Positions 45,666 through 53,743 of a stretch of 64,000 nt of DNA are shown here, in pieces. Source of the DNA: Candidatus Shapirobacteria bacterium (GTDB lineage: Bacteria; Patescibacteriota; Microgenomatia; UBA12405; BS750m-G30); the NCBI GenBank assembly GCA_043817235.1, contig JBDRHA010000006.1, positions 10,041-74,040 of the forward strand. The letters are read 5' to 3'. The notes below the pieces were generated by a model. The model ran no database searches, was not told the DNA's origin, and worked only from the letters and a program-made list of their open reading frames with translations. A program made the position numbers and the translations under genes. Numbering within the stretch: the stretch's first letter is position 1; the number at the start of each line of letters is the position of its first letter.

Positions 45666-46067
45666 TTGGTTGAAAAGCACATTAAAAGCCAGCAGTGGAC
45701 AAAACTGAAAGGAGACGCAATGAAGGGCTTGGCGATCGTCGTTCTTTTCTTGGTTTCTCTTTGTCTCCTTGTCGAGACACCTACAGTTTCTCCGACTCCA
45801 GTTTTCCGGATCGGGGATTCGGTGGAGGTGGAGGGCATCGGCCTTCCTGACCCCGATTGCGCCGGCCTTTGGGGCGGCTGGAGGCAGTTCACGAGGGTAA
45901 GTTTCCTCGAAAAATGCTCTCAGCTTACTCCTGCAGGTCCGGCTTTCGGGATTGTCCGAGACGACGAAAGCGGAAGTTACCAGAACGGTGACTACGTTTT
46001 TGTCTGTTTATATTATGAACAGGGATGCGCCTGGTTCAGCCAGGTTTATCCCGTCGCCGGGGACTGA
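45666..46067 (+). CDS. hypothetical small secreted protein (likely start at the internal MKGLAIVV...)
   Basis: The hydrophobic signal MKGLAIVVLFLVSLCLLV is followed by a Cys-containing domain. Confidence 0.35.
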   Translation: MVEKHIKSQQWTKLKGDAMKGLAIVVLFLVSLCLLVETPTVSPTPVFRIGDSVEVEGIGLPDPDCAGLWGGWRQFTRVSFLEKCSQLTPAGPAFGIVRDDESGSYQNGDYVFVCLYYEQGCAWFSQVYPVAGD

Positions 46068-46170
46068 ATTTTCACTCGAGAGAGAGCCAACTGTGTCCAT
46101 CTGGACACAAAAAATCCCACTGCTGGCTTCTCTCTTTTAAAAAAATTATTATTTTTGTTATAATTCAAAC

Positions 46171-46788
46171 ATGAGCGAGCAAGAAACCAGAGAACATAAA
46201 GAGATTGAAAGCACTACCGATCTTGGTGAGTTTGTCAATCGCTTTTATGAGAGCAAGGTGTTTAAAGATGGATTTTATAATTCGCTGTCCCGAACAAATA
46301 TTGAAGGCTACTCTCAATATCGAGAAGTTGTTTTAAGCAGAGTTGCGTCTTTAGACGAGAAAGTGGATGAAAAAGAAGTTTTTGATACTTTTTTAGAAAC
46401 GGACCAAGCTAAGCAGCTTTTGCTGGCTTTTGCTCAAAATGATTTGAAATTTGAGTATGATCCTGATCAATGCACTCCTAAGGTCAAAACAGCTTTTACG
46501 ACCTATCAAAACGCTATTAGGGCAATGGAGTCATCAAGATATAAGGCATTAGCTTCGGACGCTCTATGCGGAGGTGCAGATTCAAAAGAGAGAATCGAAG
46601 AAGCAGACCAGCTTCGCCAGCACCGACATAATCGACTAGCCACTGCTTTGCAGGAATCAGGAATCGTTGCCAGCTATCGAATGGCAAGGACTTTAGCCAG
46701 AATAATGATGGTCTCTATCGACATGGACACTTTTGATTCTATCCAGGCTGACGAAAAAATAAGATTTAAGATATTAGCTGGCCTTTAA
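46171..46788 (+). CDS. hypothetical protein
   Basis: 205-aa ORF with no recognised motif. Confidence 0.35.
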   Translation: MSEQETREHKEIESTTDLGEFVNRFYESKVFKDGFYNSLSRTNIEGYSQYREVVLSRVASLDEKVDEKEVFDTFLETDQAKQLLLAFAQNDLKFEYDPDQCTPKVKTAFTTYQNAIRAMESSRYKALASDALCGGADSKERIEEADQLRQHRHNRLATALQESGIVASYRMARTLARIMMVSIDMDTFDSIQADEKIRFKILAGL

Positions 46789-46789
46789 C

Positions 46790-47233
46790 TTATTTCAATT
46801 CTACTTTCGCTCCGGCTTCACCTAATTTTTTCTGCGCTTCTTCGGCCTGATCTTTTTTCACATCTACCAAAACTTCTGCCGGAAGTTTTTCCGTCATGTC
46901 TTTAGCTTCTTTTAAGCCCAAATCCGGCTTAATTTCCCGTAAAGCTTTAATGACATTAATTTTATTAGCTCCGGTTTCAGTCAAAACTACAGTAAACTGA
47001 GTTTTTTCTTCAGCGGGAGCGCCGCCGGCATCTTGCCCGCCTGCCGATGAGGCAGCCACTGGAGCCGCGGCCATGGCTTGCACCCCGAATTTTTCTTCCA
47101 AGCCTTTGACCAGATCAGATAATTCCAGAACAGATAATTCTCCGATTTGATCTAAAATTTTGGATAATTTTGGATCTAGGTTAACAGAAATTTTTTCCTC
47201 TTGTTTTTCTTCTTTCTTTTTTTCTTTTGCCAT
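46790..47233 (-). CDS. rplL: 50S ribosomal protein L7/L12
   Basis: N-terminal dimerisation helix and C-terminal domain [54 protein letters not shown]. Confidence 0.95.
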   Translation of the reverse strand: MAKEKKKEEKQEEKISVNLDPKLSKILDQIGELSVLELSDLVKGLEEKFGVQAMAAAPVAASSAGGQDAGGAPAEEKTQFTVVLTETGANKINVIKALREIKPDLGLKEAKDMTEKLPAEVLVDVKKDQAEEAQKKLGEAGAKVELK

Positions 47234-47754
47234 TAATTTTCACCTCCTTTATCTTTTTCTAGTGCTTTTAATACTAAAAGCAGTTTTTGCTGATTATAAT
47301 TTAAAGAGTAAGCTAAGCGAGAAAGGGGATTGGCTAGCCCGCCGACAAACCTAGAAAGCAAGACCTCTTTTCCGGGCAAGCTAATTAATTTTTCTAACTC
47401 TGTCAAAGTTAATAACTTCCCCTGAAAAACCCCGAGTTTAAATTCCGGTTTTTCGTACTGTTTTCTGGTTTCCTCAATTTGCTTTAAAGGAGCAATTTCA
47501 TCCTCGTTGGCCACTACTAGGGCGGTGGGGCCGGTTAGTTTTTCGGAAAGCTCAATTCCCAAAGCTTTTAGGGCAAACATTATTAAAGTATTTTTGGCAA
47601 CCAGCATTATTCCGCCATTTTCACCAATAGCTATTCTTAAAGCACGGACTTGTTCGGCTGATAAGCCCTGATAATCAATTAAAGCACTGCTTTTACTGCC
47701 TTCGATTAAAGCTTTTAAGTTTTCTACCTCGTAAATTTTAGCTTGGTTGACCAT
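47233..47754 (-). CDS. rplJ: 50S ribosomal protein L10
   Basis: [40 protein letters not shown]... with immediate rplL downstream (ATGA overlap). Confidence 0.95.
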   Translation of the reverse strand: MVNQAKIYEVENLKALIEGSKSSALIDYQGLSAEQVRALRIAIGENGGIMLVAKNTLIMFALKALGIELSEKLTGPTALVVANEDEIAPLKQIEETRKQYEKPEFKLGVFQGKLLTLTELEKLISLPGKEVLLSRFVGGLANPLSRLAYSLNYNQQKLLLVLKALEKDKGGEN

Positions 47755-47778
47755 TTTTAAAATCCTAATTAATTACCT

Positions 47779-47878
47779 TGTCATTCCCGATTCTGATCGG
47801 GAATTCTCTGTCATCCTGAGCGTAGCCGAAGGATCTATTGCTTCCAAAGATTCCTCGGTTGCACTCGGAATGACCTTT
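47779..47878. repeat. MITE-like repeats inside the rplJ leader
   Basis: tgtcattcccgattctgatcgggaattc, tgtcatcctgagcgtagccgaaggatctat and ctcggttgcactcggaatgac. Confidence 0.75.
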
Positions 47879-47892
47879 TAGTAACGTGCACA

Positions 47893-47925
47893 AAAAAAGC
47901 CTCGAATCCGAGGCTGCTTTAAGCT
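47893..47925 (-). terminator. Rho-independent terminator/attenuator hairpin in the rplJ leader (minus strand reads GCCTCGGATTCGAGGC followed by TTTTTTT)
   Basis: Perfect 6-bp stem GCCTCG/CGAGGC with a 4-nt loop and a 7-T run on the minus strand. Lies between the inferred rplJ promoter and the rplJ start. Confidence 0.55.
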
Positions 47926-48014
47926 TTAAGTTTTTGGCTTTAAGCTAATTACCGCCTCGGTAAGATTTTTAAGTCCCGCAGCTGCGGGAGACTTACTGTC
48001 TTGGGCTAGACTTA

Positions 48015-48043
48015 TATTACCAGATTATCCTTTCTTGTCAAGC
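48015..48043 (-). promoter_or_regulatory. candidate sigma-70 promoter for rplJL: TTGACA, 16-nt spacer, TAATAT on the minus strand
   Basis: Reverse complement of 48038-48043 is TTGACA; reverse complement of 48015-48020 is TAATAT. Confidence 0.45.
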
Positions 48044-48050
48044 TAGATTT

Positions 48051-48080
48051 TGACATATCCCTCTTTCTTATGCTATTATA
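48051..48080 (+). promoter_or_regulatory. candidate divergent sigma-70 promoter (TTGACA, 18-nt spacer, TATTAT) driving a ~200-nt structured leader upstream of 48285
   Basis: TTGACA at 48051-48056; TATTAT at 48075-48080. Confidence 0.45.
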
Positions 48081-48284
48081 CACTTCGTTGACAGATCGTA
48101 GGGAGACCCCTTTGCTCTCAACCGCGAGAGCAGAAAGAAGGGCGCTTCCTTTCAATCATGACCGGGGAAGCGAGAAAAAGAGAGAAGGCAACGATGCCTC
48201 TCAACAAACTTTTTCCTGCTTCCCCCGGTCGACAATACTTCCTTTATTATTGACTTCTTTCCCTTACTTTGCTAATTTTTAGTT

Positions 48285-48539
48285 ATGCAAGAAAGCGGAT
48301 CTTCTTTAGAAAACCAAGTTCAAGAACTTAATCAATACCTTAAGGTTTTAATTAAAAGAAAGTCTCCGGCTTATTTATTTTTATCCGGAGCCCTGCATTC
48401 TTTAGGTTCTGTTTTTGGTACCGTGGTGGTTTTAGGTATTTTAGGATTTTTAGCTTCGCAAGTTTTTCGGAATTTTGACTTTACCAAAATAACTGCCGAT
48501 TGGGTAAGCAATATCTTAAAAACAGTCAATGAGCATTAA
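48285..48539 (+). CDS. hypothetical small membrane protein
   Basis: Central hydrophobic span FLSGALHSLGSVFGTVVVLGILGFLASQVF. Confidence 0.35.
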   Translation: MQESGSSLENQVQELNQYLKVLIKRKSPAYLFLSGALHSLGSVFGTVVVLGILGFLASQVFRNFDFTKITADWVSNILKTVNEH

Positions 48540-48921
48540 TCCTTATGTAAAAAAAGTTGAAAAGCCCTGGGGTTATGAGCTAATTCTAACCCAGCCTGAC
48601 CTTCCTTATACCGGAAAAATTCTCCACATTAATCAAAAAGAACGTTTTAGTTTGCAGTATCATGAGCAAAAACAAGAAACTTTATGTTTGCTTAAAGGAG
48701 AAGCAAAATTATATTTAGAGGATGAAAAAGGGGAGCTTTTAGAGTTAGAGATGGAGCCACTAAAAGGATACTTAATTGCTCCTTATCAACAGCATCGAGT
48801 AGAGGGGATTACTGATTGCGACATCCTAGAAGCCTCTACTTCGGAAAAAGGAAATACGATTAGAGTGAAAGATGATTATCAGCGGGGAGTAGAGACTGAG
48901 GAGGAGAGAAGCCGGCGATGA
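48529..48921 (+). CDS. cupin-domain protein (mannose-6-phosphate-isomerase-type small cupin)
   Basis: EKPWGYELIL...GKILHINQKERFSLQYHEQKQETLCLLKGEAKLYL fits cupin motif 1 G(X)5HXH-like with the WG.E prefix typical of type-II PMI/GMP cupins. Confidence 0.65.
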   Translation: MSINPYVKKVEKPWGYELILTQPDLPYTGKILHINQKERFSLQYHEQKQETLCLLKGEAKLYLEDEKGELLELEMEPLKGYLIAPYQQHRVEGITDCDILEASTSEKGNTIRVKDDYQRGVETEEERSRR

Positions 48922-49691
48922 AACCAATAACAAATTTATCTAACAAGAACATCGCTCCCTTAAAATTACTGTGTTTTGACTGCGACGGGGTAACGGTGCC
49001 GGAGGGAACCAAGATTTCTGAAAGCAGGGGTCGGTTAGTCGTGGAAACAAAATTAATTGAAGATCGTTTAGTGCAAAAACTAAATAAACTTAAAAGTAAA
49101 TATTATTTGGTTTTTTCTTCCGGCCGAAGCCTTCTTTATTTAACTAGGATGTTTGAACCGGTTTTGGGTAAAAAAGTAATTTTGCAGGCAGAAGTGGGTT
49201 TATTTACACTTTTAAACGGCGAAGTTTTACAGCTTGATCCGTTAAGCGAAGAACAACTAGGGTTATTGACTAAAATCAGGAGAAGAATCAGGGCGGAGGC
49301 GAAGAATAACTCGGATATTTTGGGGTTTGAGCCTAAGCAATTTTTAGCAACCGTGCATTGTAAAAAAGAATTGCCAGTAATCGAGGAAATTGTCAGACAA
49401 GAAGCTCAAGGGGAAGATTTATATTGTTTGTGGAGCGGGGAAGCTTATGATATTAACTTTGCTCATCTAAATAAGGGCAGGGGATTAGAAAAATTATGTG
49501 CTAAGCTAGGAGTAAAAAGAGAGGAAGCACTTGCTATTGGCAATGATCCTAATGATCGGGAAATGGTTGAGTGGGCAGGCATTGGCGTTACTTCCAATAA
49601 AGAGACAATGAGTTCGGCTGATTATTATACTTTAGGCAAACAGGAGCTGGGCGGGGAGGAATTAATAGATAGGATTTTGGAGTTAGTTTAA
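48918..49691 (+). CDS. HAD-superfamily hydrolase, Cof/IIB subfamily-like (sugar-phosphate phosphatase)
   Basis: Motif I LLCFDCDGVTVPEG (DxDGT) and motif IV GNDPNDREMVEWAGIGV. Confidence 0.7.
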   Translation: MKPITNLSNKNIAPLKLLCFDCDGVTVPEGTKISESRGRLVVETKLIEDRLVQKLNKLKSKYYLVFSSGRSLLYLTRMFEPVLGKKVILQAEVGLFTLLNGEVLQLDPLSEEQLGLLTKIRRRIRAEAKNNSDILGFEPKQFLATVHCKKELPVIEEIVRQEAQGEDLYCLWSGEAYDINFAHLNKGRGLEKLCAKLGVKREEALAIGNDPNDREMVEWAGIGVTSNKETMSSADYYTLGKQELGGEELIDRILELV

Positions 49692-50699
49692 AAAATTTTG
49701 GAAAAATTCCAAATCTCTTTGCACTACCAGGTCCCAATCTGGCTCTAAATTGTGATCGGAGCGAGGATAATAAAAGTAATTTACCTCTTTATTCAAGCTA
49801 TTAAGCTCCTTAATTAACTTCTCCTGCCATTCGGCCGGCACTAAATAGTCTGCTCCTCCTTGATGAATTAACAAAGGCGCTTTTATTTTTCCATAATAGC
49901 TGGTAGTGGAATACTTTTGAGGGTCATAGCTTTTAGTAAAATTATTTATTGCTTCTAAGACCTTTTGGGAGTCAGGGGTTAAATTATCTTGATCAATATA
50001 ATTGATAATGCATTCCGGAAAACTTTCGGTAACTGGAGCCCAAAGACTGGTCGGGTAAGCAAATTGGCTAATCTCCAAAACCGATAAGGCAATTTGGCCG
50101 CCATTGCTATGGGCCCAAAGAAATATTTGATCAGGATTGGCTTCGGGTAAAGTTTTAACTGAAGCGATTAGATTTAAAACCGTAATTGGCCGTTTAAAAC
50201 GATTGAGAAGAACGTCGGTTGTTTCCGGGTCAGAGCCGCCAAAGCCCAAAAAATCAGGGGCTAGGGTAATAAACCCGTTTTCTGCCAATGCCCCGGCCGC
50301 TTTCCGAGTGCCTAATCCTGTAAAATATATTTCTTTATCTGCATAGCCTCGGAGCATAATTACTGCCGGAAGTTTGCCTGCTTTTTGGGGCAAATTTAGC
50401 TGGCCTGTTACTTTTTGGCCGTCGGGCAAATAAGAAAAAAGATAACTGGTGAAATTTTCTTCTTTGCTGATTTCCTTTTCGATTTTAATTTCGCTTCCGG
50501 CGTATTCTCTTTCGCCTAAAGCTTCAAAACTATAGGGAGCATAAACGCCATTATTTTTATTTTTTTCCGGCTCTTCGGTTCTACTGACTCTACTGACCAA
50601 GGGAGAGAGGATAAAGATGCCCTGGGGCTTGAATAGGTCGTAAGCCAAGATTCCTGCGCCTAAAACCAGAATCAACCAGCCAATTCTTTTGAAAGACAT
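49683..50699 (-). CDS. alpha/beta-hydrolase (dienelactone-hydrolase/peptidase S9-like) with N-terminal TM anchor
   Basis: Nucleophile elbow LWAHSNGGQIAL (GxSxG-like) and downstream Asp/His (GGADYLVP...DHNLEP). Confidence 0.65.
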   Translation of the reverse strand: MSFKRIGWLILVLGAGILAYDLFKPQGIFILSPLVSRVSRTEEPEKNKNNGVYAPYSFEALGEREYAGSEIKIEKEISKEENFTSYLFSYLPDGQKVTGQLNLPQKAGKLPAVIMLRGYADKEIYFTGLGTRKAAGALAENGFITLAPDFLGFGGSDPETTDVLLNRFKRPITVLNLIASVKTLPEANPDQIFLWAHSNGGQIALSVLEISQFAYPTSLWAPVTESFPECIINYIDQDNLTPDSQKVLEAINNFTKSYDPQKYSTTSYYGKIKAPLLIHQGGADYLVPAEWQEKLIKELNSLNKEVNYFYYPRSDHNLEPDWDLVVQRDLEFFQNFLN

Positions 50700-50750
50700 A
50701 GGATATTATATAAATTTCTAAACCCCAATGCTTTGTGATATAATTCTTCC

Positions 50751-50933
50751 ATGCCTAAAGGGGTAAACTTTTTTAGTGAAGTTTTTGAACAGTTAAAGCA
50801 AGTAACTTGGCCGGATAAAGAAACCTTGACAACTTTGACTGTTGTCGTTATTGTAGTTTCGGCGGCAGTGGCTGTATACTTAGGCGCTTTGGATGTTTTC
50901 TTTACCCGGGCAGTAGGAATTTTAGTTAAATAA
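50751..50933 (+). CDS. secE: preprotein translocase subunit SecE
   Basis: 60-aa protein: FFSEVFEQLKQVTWPDKETLTTLTVVVIVVSAAVAVYLGALDVFF is the SecE amphipathic helix plus TM. Immediately precedes nusG. Confidence 0.85.
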   Translation: MPKGVNFFSEVFEQLKQVTWPDKETLTTLTVVVIVVSAAVAVYLGALDVFFTRAVGILVK

Positions 50934-50944
50934 TTTTTTTAAAG

Positions 50945-51559
50945 ATGGCTGTTAAAAATAAAAAAGAGAAGAAAAAAGGCAGTAGGATTAAAAAAAGCGA
51001 ATATCGCTTTAAAATTAGCGAAAAGCCTGCTTCCTGCCGAGCGCTGTGGTTTGTCATTCATACTTATTCCGGCCATGAGCATCGGGTAGTGGAAGCATTA
51101 AAACAACGGACAGCGAGCATGGGATTGGAGGACCGGGTTTTTGAGGCAGTTGTTCCCTTGCAAACAAAATTTATTATCAGAAGGGGCCAAAAGGTAAAGG
51201 CCAAGGAAAAAGTATTTCCCGGCTATATCCTGGTGAAAATGATTTTAGATGATAATTCTTGGATTGTGGTAAAAACTACCCCCGGTGTGACTGGTTTTGT
51301 CGGCGGCGAGGAAAAACCCTTGCCTATTCCCAGCTTGGAAGTGGAAAAGATTTTGGAGACCGTAGAAAAAGAAAAACCGCAGTATAAAGCAAAATTCAGC
51401 GTAGGCGAGGCAGTAAAAGTTACCGATGGGCCCTTCGCCGATTCTTTGGGTACCATAGAGTCAATAGACCGAAAACGAGGCAAGCTAAGGGTCTTAATTT
51501 CCATTTTTGGCCGGGAAACGCCGGTAGAACTGGACTTTTTACAAATAAGTAAAATATAA
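50945..51559 (+). CDS. nusG: transcription termination/antitermination factor NusG, with a Lys-rich N-terminal extension
   Basis: NGN domain WFVIHTYSGHEHRVVEALKQ and KOW domain FSVGEAVKVTDGPFADSLGTIESID. Confidence 0.95.
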   Translation: MAVKNKKEKKKGSRIKKSEYRFKISEKPASCRALWFVIHTYSGHEHRVVEALKQRTASMGLEDRVFEAVVPLQTKFIIRRGQKVKAKEKVFPGYILVKMILDDNSWIVVKTTPGVTGFVGGEEKPLPIPSLEVEKILETVEKEKPQYKAKFSVGEAVKVTDGPFADSLGTIESIDRKRGKLRVLISIFGRETPVELDFLQISKI

Positions 51560-51560
51560 A

Positions 51561-51989
51561 ATGGCTAAAAAAGTAAAAGCAATTGTCAAGCTAAACTTGC
51601 CAGCTGGAGAAGCAACGGCCGGTCCTCCGGCCGGGCCCATCTTAGGCCAGCATGGGGTCGCAATTATGGATTTCATTAATCAATATAATGCGGCTACCAA
51701 AGAACAAAAAGGCAATATTATTCCGGCTGTTTTGACCATTTACGAAGACCGGAGTTTTAGTTTTGTTACCAAGCTTCCGCCGGTAGCGGATTTGATTAAA
51801 AAGAAATTAGGAATAGAAAAGGGCGCGAAGGAAACCAAAAGAGAGAAAATAGGCAACTTGAATAAAGTGGACTTGGAAGAAATTGCCCGGCAAAAAATAA
51901 AAGATTTAAATACCAAGAGCCTTGAATCAGCGGTTAAAATAGTTCAGGGAACAGCTAAAAGCATGGGCGTGGAGGTGGATAATGGCTAA
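51561..51989 (+). CDS. rplK: 50S ribosomal protein L11
   Basis: AKKVKAIVKLNLPAGEATAGPPAGPILGQHGVAIMDF. Confidence 0.95.
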   Translation: MAKKVKAIVKLNLPAGEATAGPPAGPILGQHGVAIMDFINQYNAATKEQKGNIIPAVLTIYEDRSFSFVTKLPPVADLIKKKLGIEKGAKETKREKIGNLNKVDLEEIARQKIKDLNTKSLESAVKIVQGTAKSMGVEVDNG

Positions 51990-52746
51990 ATCAGCAAAAG
52001 AAAAAGCTCAAAAAAAACAAGAAAAAAAGGCGGCAGAAATAAAGGTTACCGGCTTGAAAGGTGGAGAGCGGGTAAAGGTAGTCGAGGGTGAGAATATTCA
52101 GGCGCCCAAAATTGAGCAAGAGGAAGAGAAAGCTGAAACCAAATCTAAGAAAGGAAAGAAAAAAAGCCGCGGCAAGCTTTACAAAGAAGTCTTGGCTAAA
52201 GTGGATAAAAATAAGCTTTATTCTTTAAAAGAAGCAATTAAATTAACTAAAGACACTTCAATTTCAAAGTTTGTCGGAAATTTGGAAGCACACTTAGTAG
52301 TTGATAAGATTGGCGACTTTGGTGAACTGAAGCTGCCTCATTTTCAGGCTAAAGAAAAGAAAATTGCTTTGGTGGATGCCAAGACCATAACTAAGATTAA
52401 AGAAAGTAAAATTGATTTTGATGTTCTTTTGGCTTCTCCGGCGGAAATGAAAATTTTGGTGCCTTTGGCTAGAATATTGGGCCCCAAGGGCTTAATGCCT
52501 AATCCGAAAAACGGCACTTTGGTAAAAGACCCCGCAAAAGCAGTTAAAAACTGGGGCCAAAAGGGAATAGACTTAAAAACTGAAAAAAAGGCGCCAGTTG
52601 TTCATTCTGTTTTGGGAAAACTTGATCAAAAAGACGAGGAGCTTATCGCCAATGTAGAAGAACTAATCAGAGCAATTGGCCGGGACAAAATTAAAAAAAT
52701 TACCTTAACCTCTACCATGGGCCCAGGAATAAAAACGGCTCCCTAA
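51982..52746 (+). CDS. rplA: 50S ribosomal protein L1, with a ~60-aa Lys/Glu-rich N-terminal extension
   Basis: Core KLYSLKEAIKLTKD...; GPKGLMPNPKNGTLV; C-terminal L1 fold. The extension MAKSAKEKAQKKQEKKAAEIKV...KKGKKKSRGK precedes the canonical start region. Confidence 0.9.
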   Translation: MAKSAKEKAQKKQEKKAAEIKVTGLKGGERVKVVEGENIQAPKIEQEEEKAETKSKKGKKKSRGKLYKEVLAKVDKNKLYSLKEAIKLTKDTSISKFVGNLEAHLVVDKIGDFGELKLPHFQAKEKKIALVDAKTITKIKESKIDFDVLLASPAEMKILVPLARILGPKGLMPNPKNGTLVKDPAKAVKNWGQKGIDLKTEKKAPVVHSVLGKLDQKDEELIANVEELIRAIGRDKIKKITLTSTMGPGIKTAP

Positions 52747-53414
52747 TGGAAAAAAATCTAAAAAGTTTTTTAAATCAGTATTTTGCTCTTGAAATAATCC
52801 CCGGCAAAAAAATTCGTATTCCTTATTGGCGCAATAAATTTCCCCCTTGGGGCGGAAGAATTCAGGGGCCATATGGGGGCAAGGGAATGCCGGCTCAAAT
52901 CAAAAGAATTACCCTGAAAAAAGCCAAGCAGGCCAGGATTAATTTGACGGATTTAAATTCCGATCAAATTCGTAACTTTATGAAGCAGAAAAAGATTGGG
53001 GTTGAATGTTCCGGCTTTACTTTTCAAGTTCTAAATTTTTTAAAACCGGGGTTTTACAAGCACTTGAAAAAAGCGCCGGGAATAAGCCCTAATCCGATCA
53101 GGAGATTTAATGCGGCTGCTCTCACTTCAGCAGAAAACAGCCGCCCAATAAAAAAAGTAAAAGAAATTCAAGTAGGAGATTTAATCGCCGCCAGCTTTGA
53201 GAAGAACATTATTGATCATGTTTTAATAATTGTTGATATTTCTAAAAAGGAAATTATTTATGCTCATTCTTCCAGTCAAACCCCCACTTCCGGCCCGCAT
53301 CTGGGCAAGCTAAAGATAGCCAACCCGAGCGCCAGCCCCCAAGAGCTTAAATTTGTCGAAAAAACCAAGAGGCCTTTGAAGATTTTAGGAATAAGAAGGA
53401 TCGAGGGGCAGTAA
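52746..53414 (+). CDS. hypothetical protein, possibly NlpC/P60-like papain-fold hydrolase; overlaps rplA stop (ATGA)
   Basis: Candidate catalytic Cys in ECSGFTFQVLNFL and His in NIIDHVLIIVDISKKEIIYAHSS. Assignment is tentative. Confidence 0.35.
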   Translation: MEKNLKSFLNQYFALEIIPGKKIRIPYWRNKFPPWGGRIQGPYGGKGMPAQIKRITLKKAKQARINLTDLNSDQIRNFMKQKKIGVECSGFTFQVLNFLKPGFYKHLKKAPGISPNPIRRFNAAALTSAENSRPIKKVKEIQVGDLIAASFEKNIIDHVLIIVDISKKEIIYAHSSSQTPTSGPHLGKLKIANPSASPQELKFVEKTKRPLKILGIRRIEGQ

Positions 53415-53457
53415 AAGCTAAAGGAGGTCTTTGTCGTTCCCGACTTAATCGGGTTTC

Positions 53458-53662
53458 CCTTGTCATTCCGAGCGCAGCCCCGCCGTTGCGGGGCGTAGTC
53501 GAGGAATCTTTTGGGGAATTAACCAAACACCGCTTGGACAAGAAAGATCCCTCGACTGCGCTCGGGATGACCATTTGAACTGTCATTGCGTGGCAATCTT
53601 GCTTTTCCGACGGGATCGCTGCGCCCCCGACGTGACGTCGGGGGACTCGCGATGACATTTAA
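53458..53662. repeat. MITE-like repeat cluster
   Basis: tgtcattccgagcgcagccccgccgttgcggggcgtagtcgaggaatctttt, ccctcgactgcgctcgggatgac and the full element tgtcattgcgtggcaatcttgc...gggactcgcgatgaca. Confidence 0.8.
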
Positions 53663-53743
53663 GAAATTTTAACCCTATTTTATCTACGATCGTGAAGAAA
53701 ATGAGGGAGATTATTAAAATCAAAGCCAAATTATTCTGAAAGT

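Noticed and set aside
48070-48282. 70-codon ORF in the leader upstream of 48285
   Set aside because: It overlaps the promoter and the long hairpin. The composition is atypical and there is no RBS. More likely a noncoding leader.
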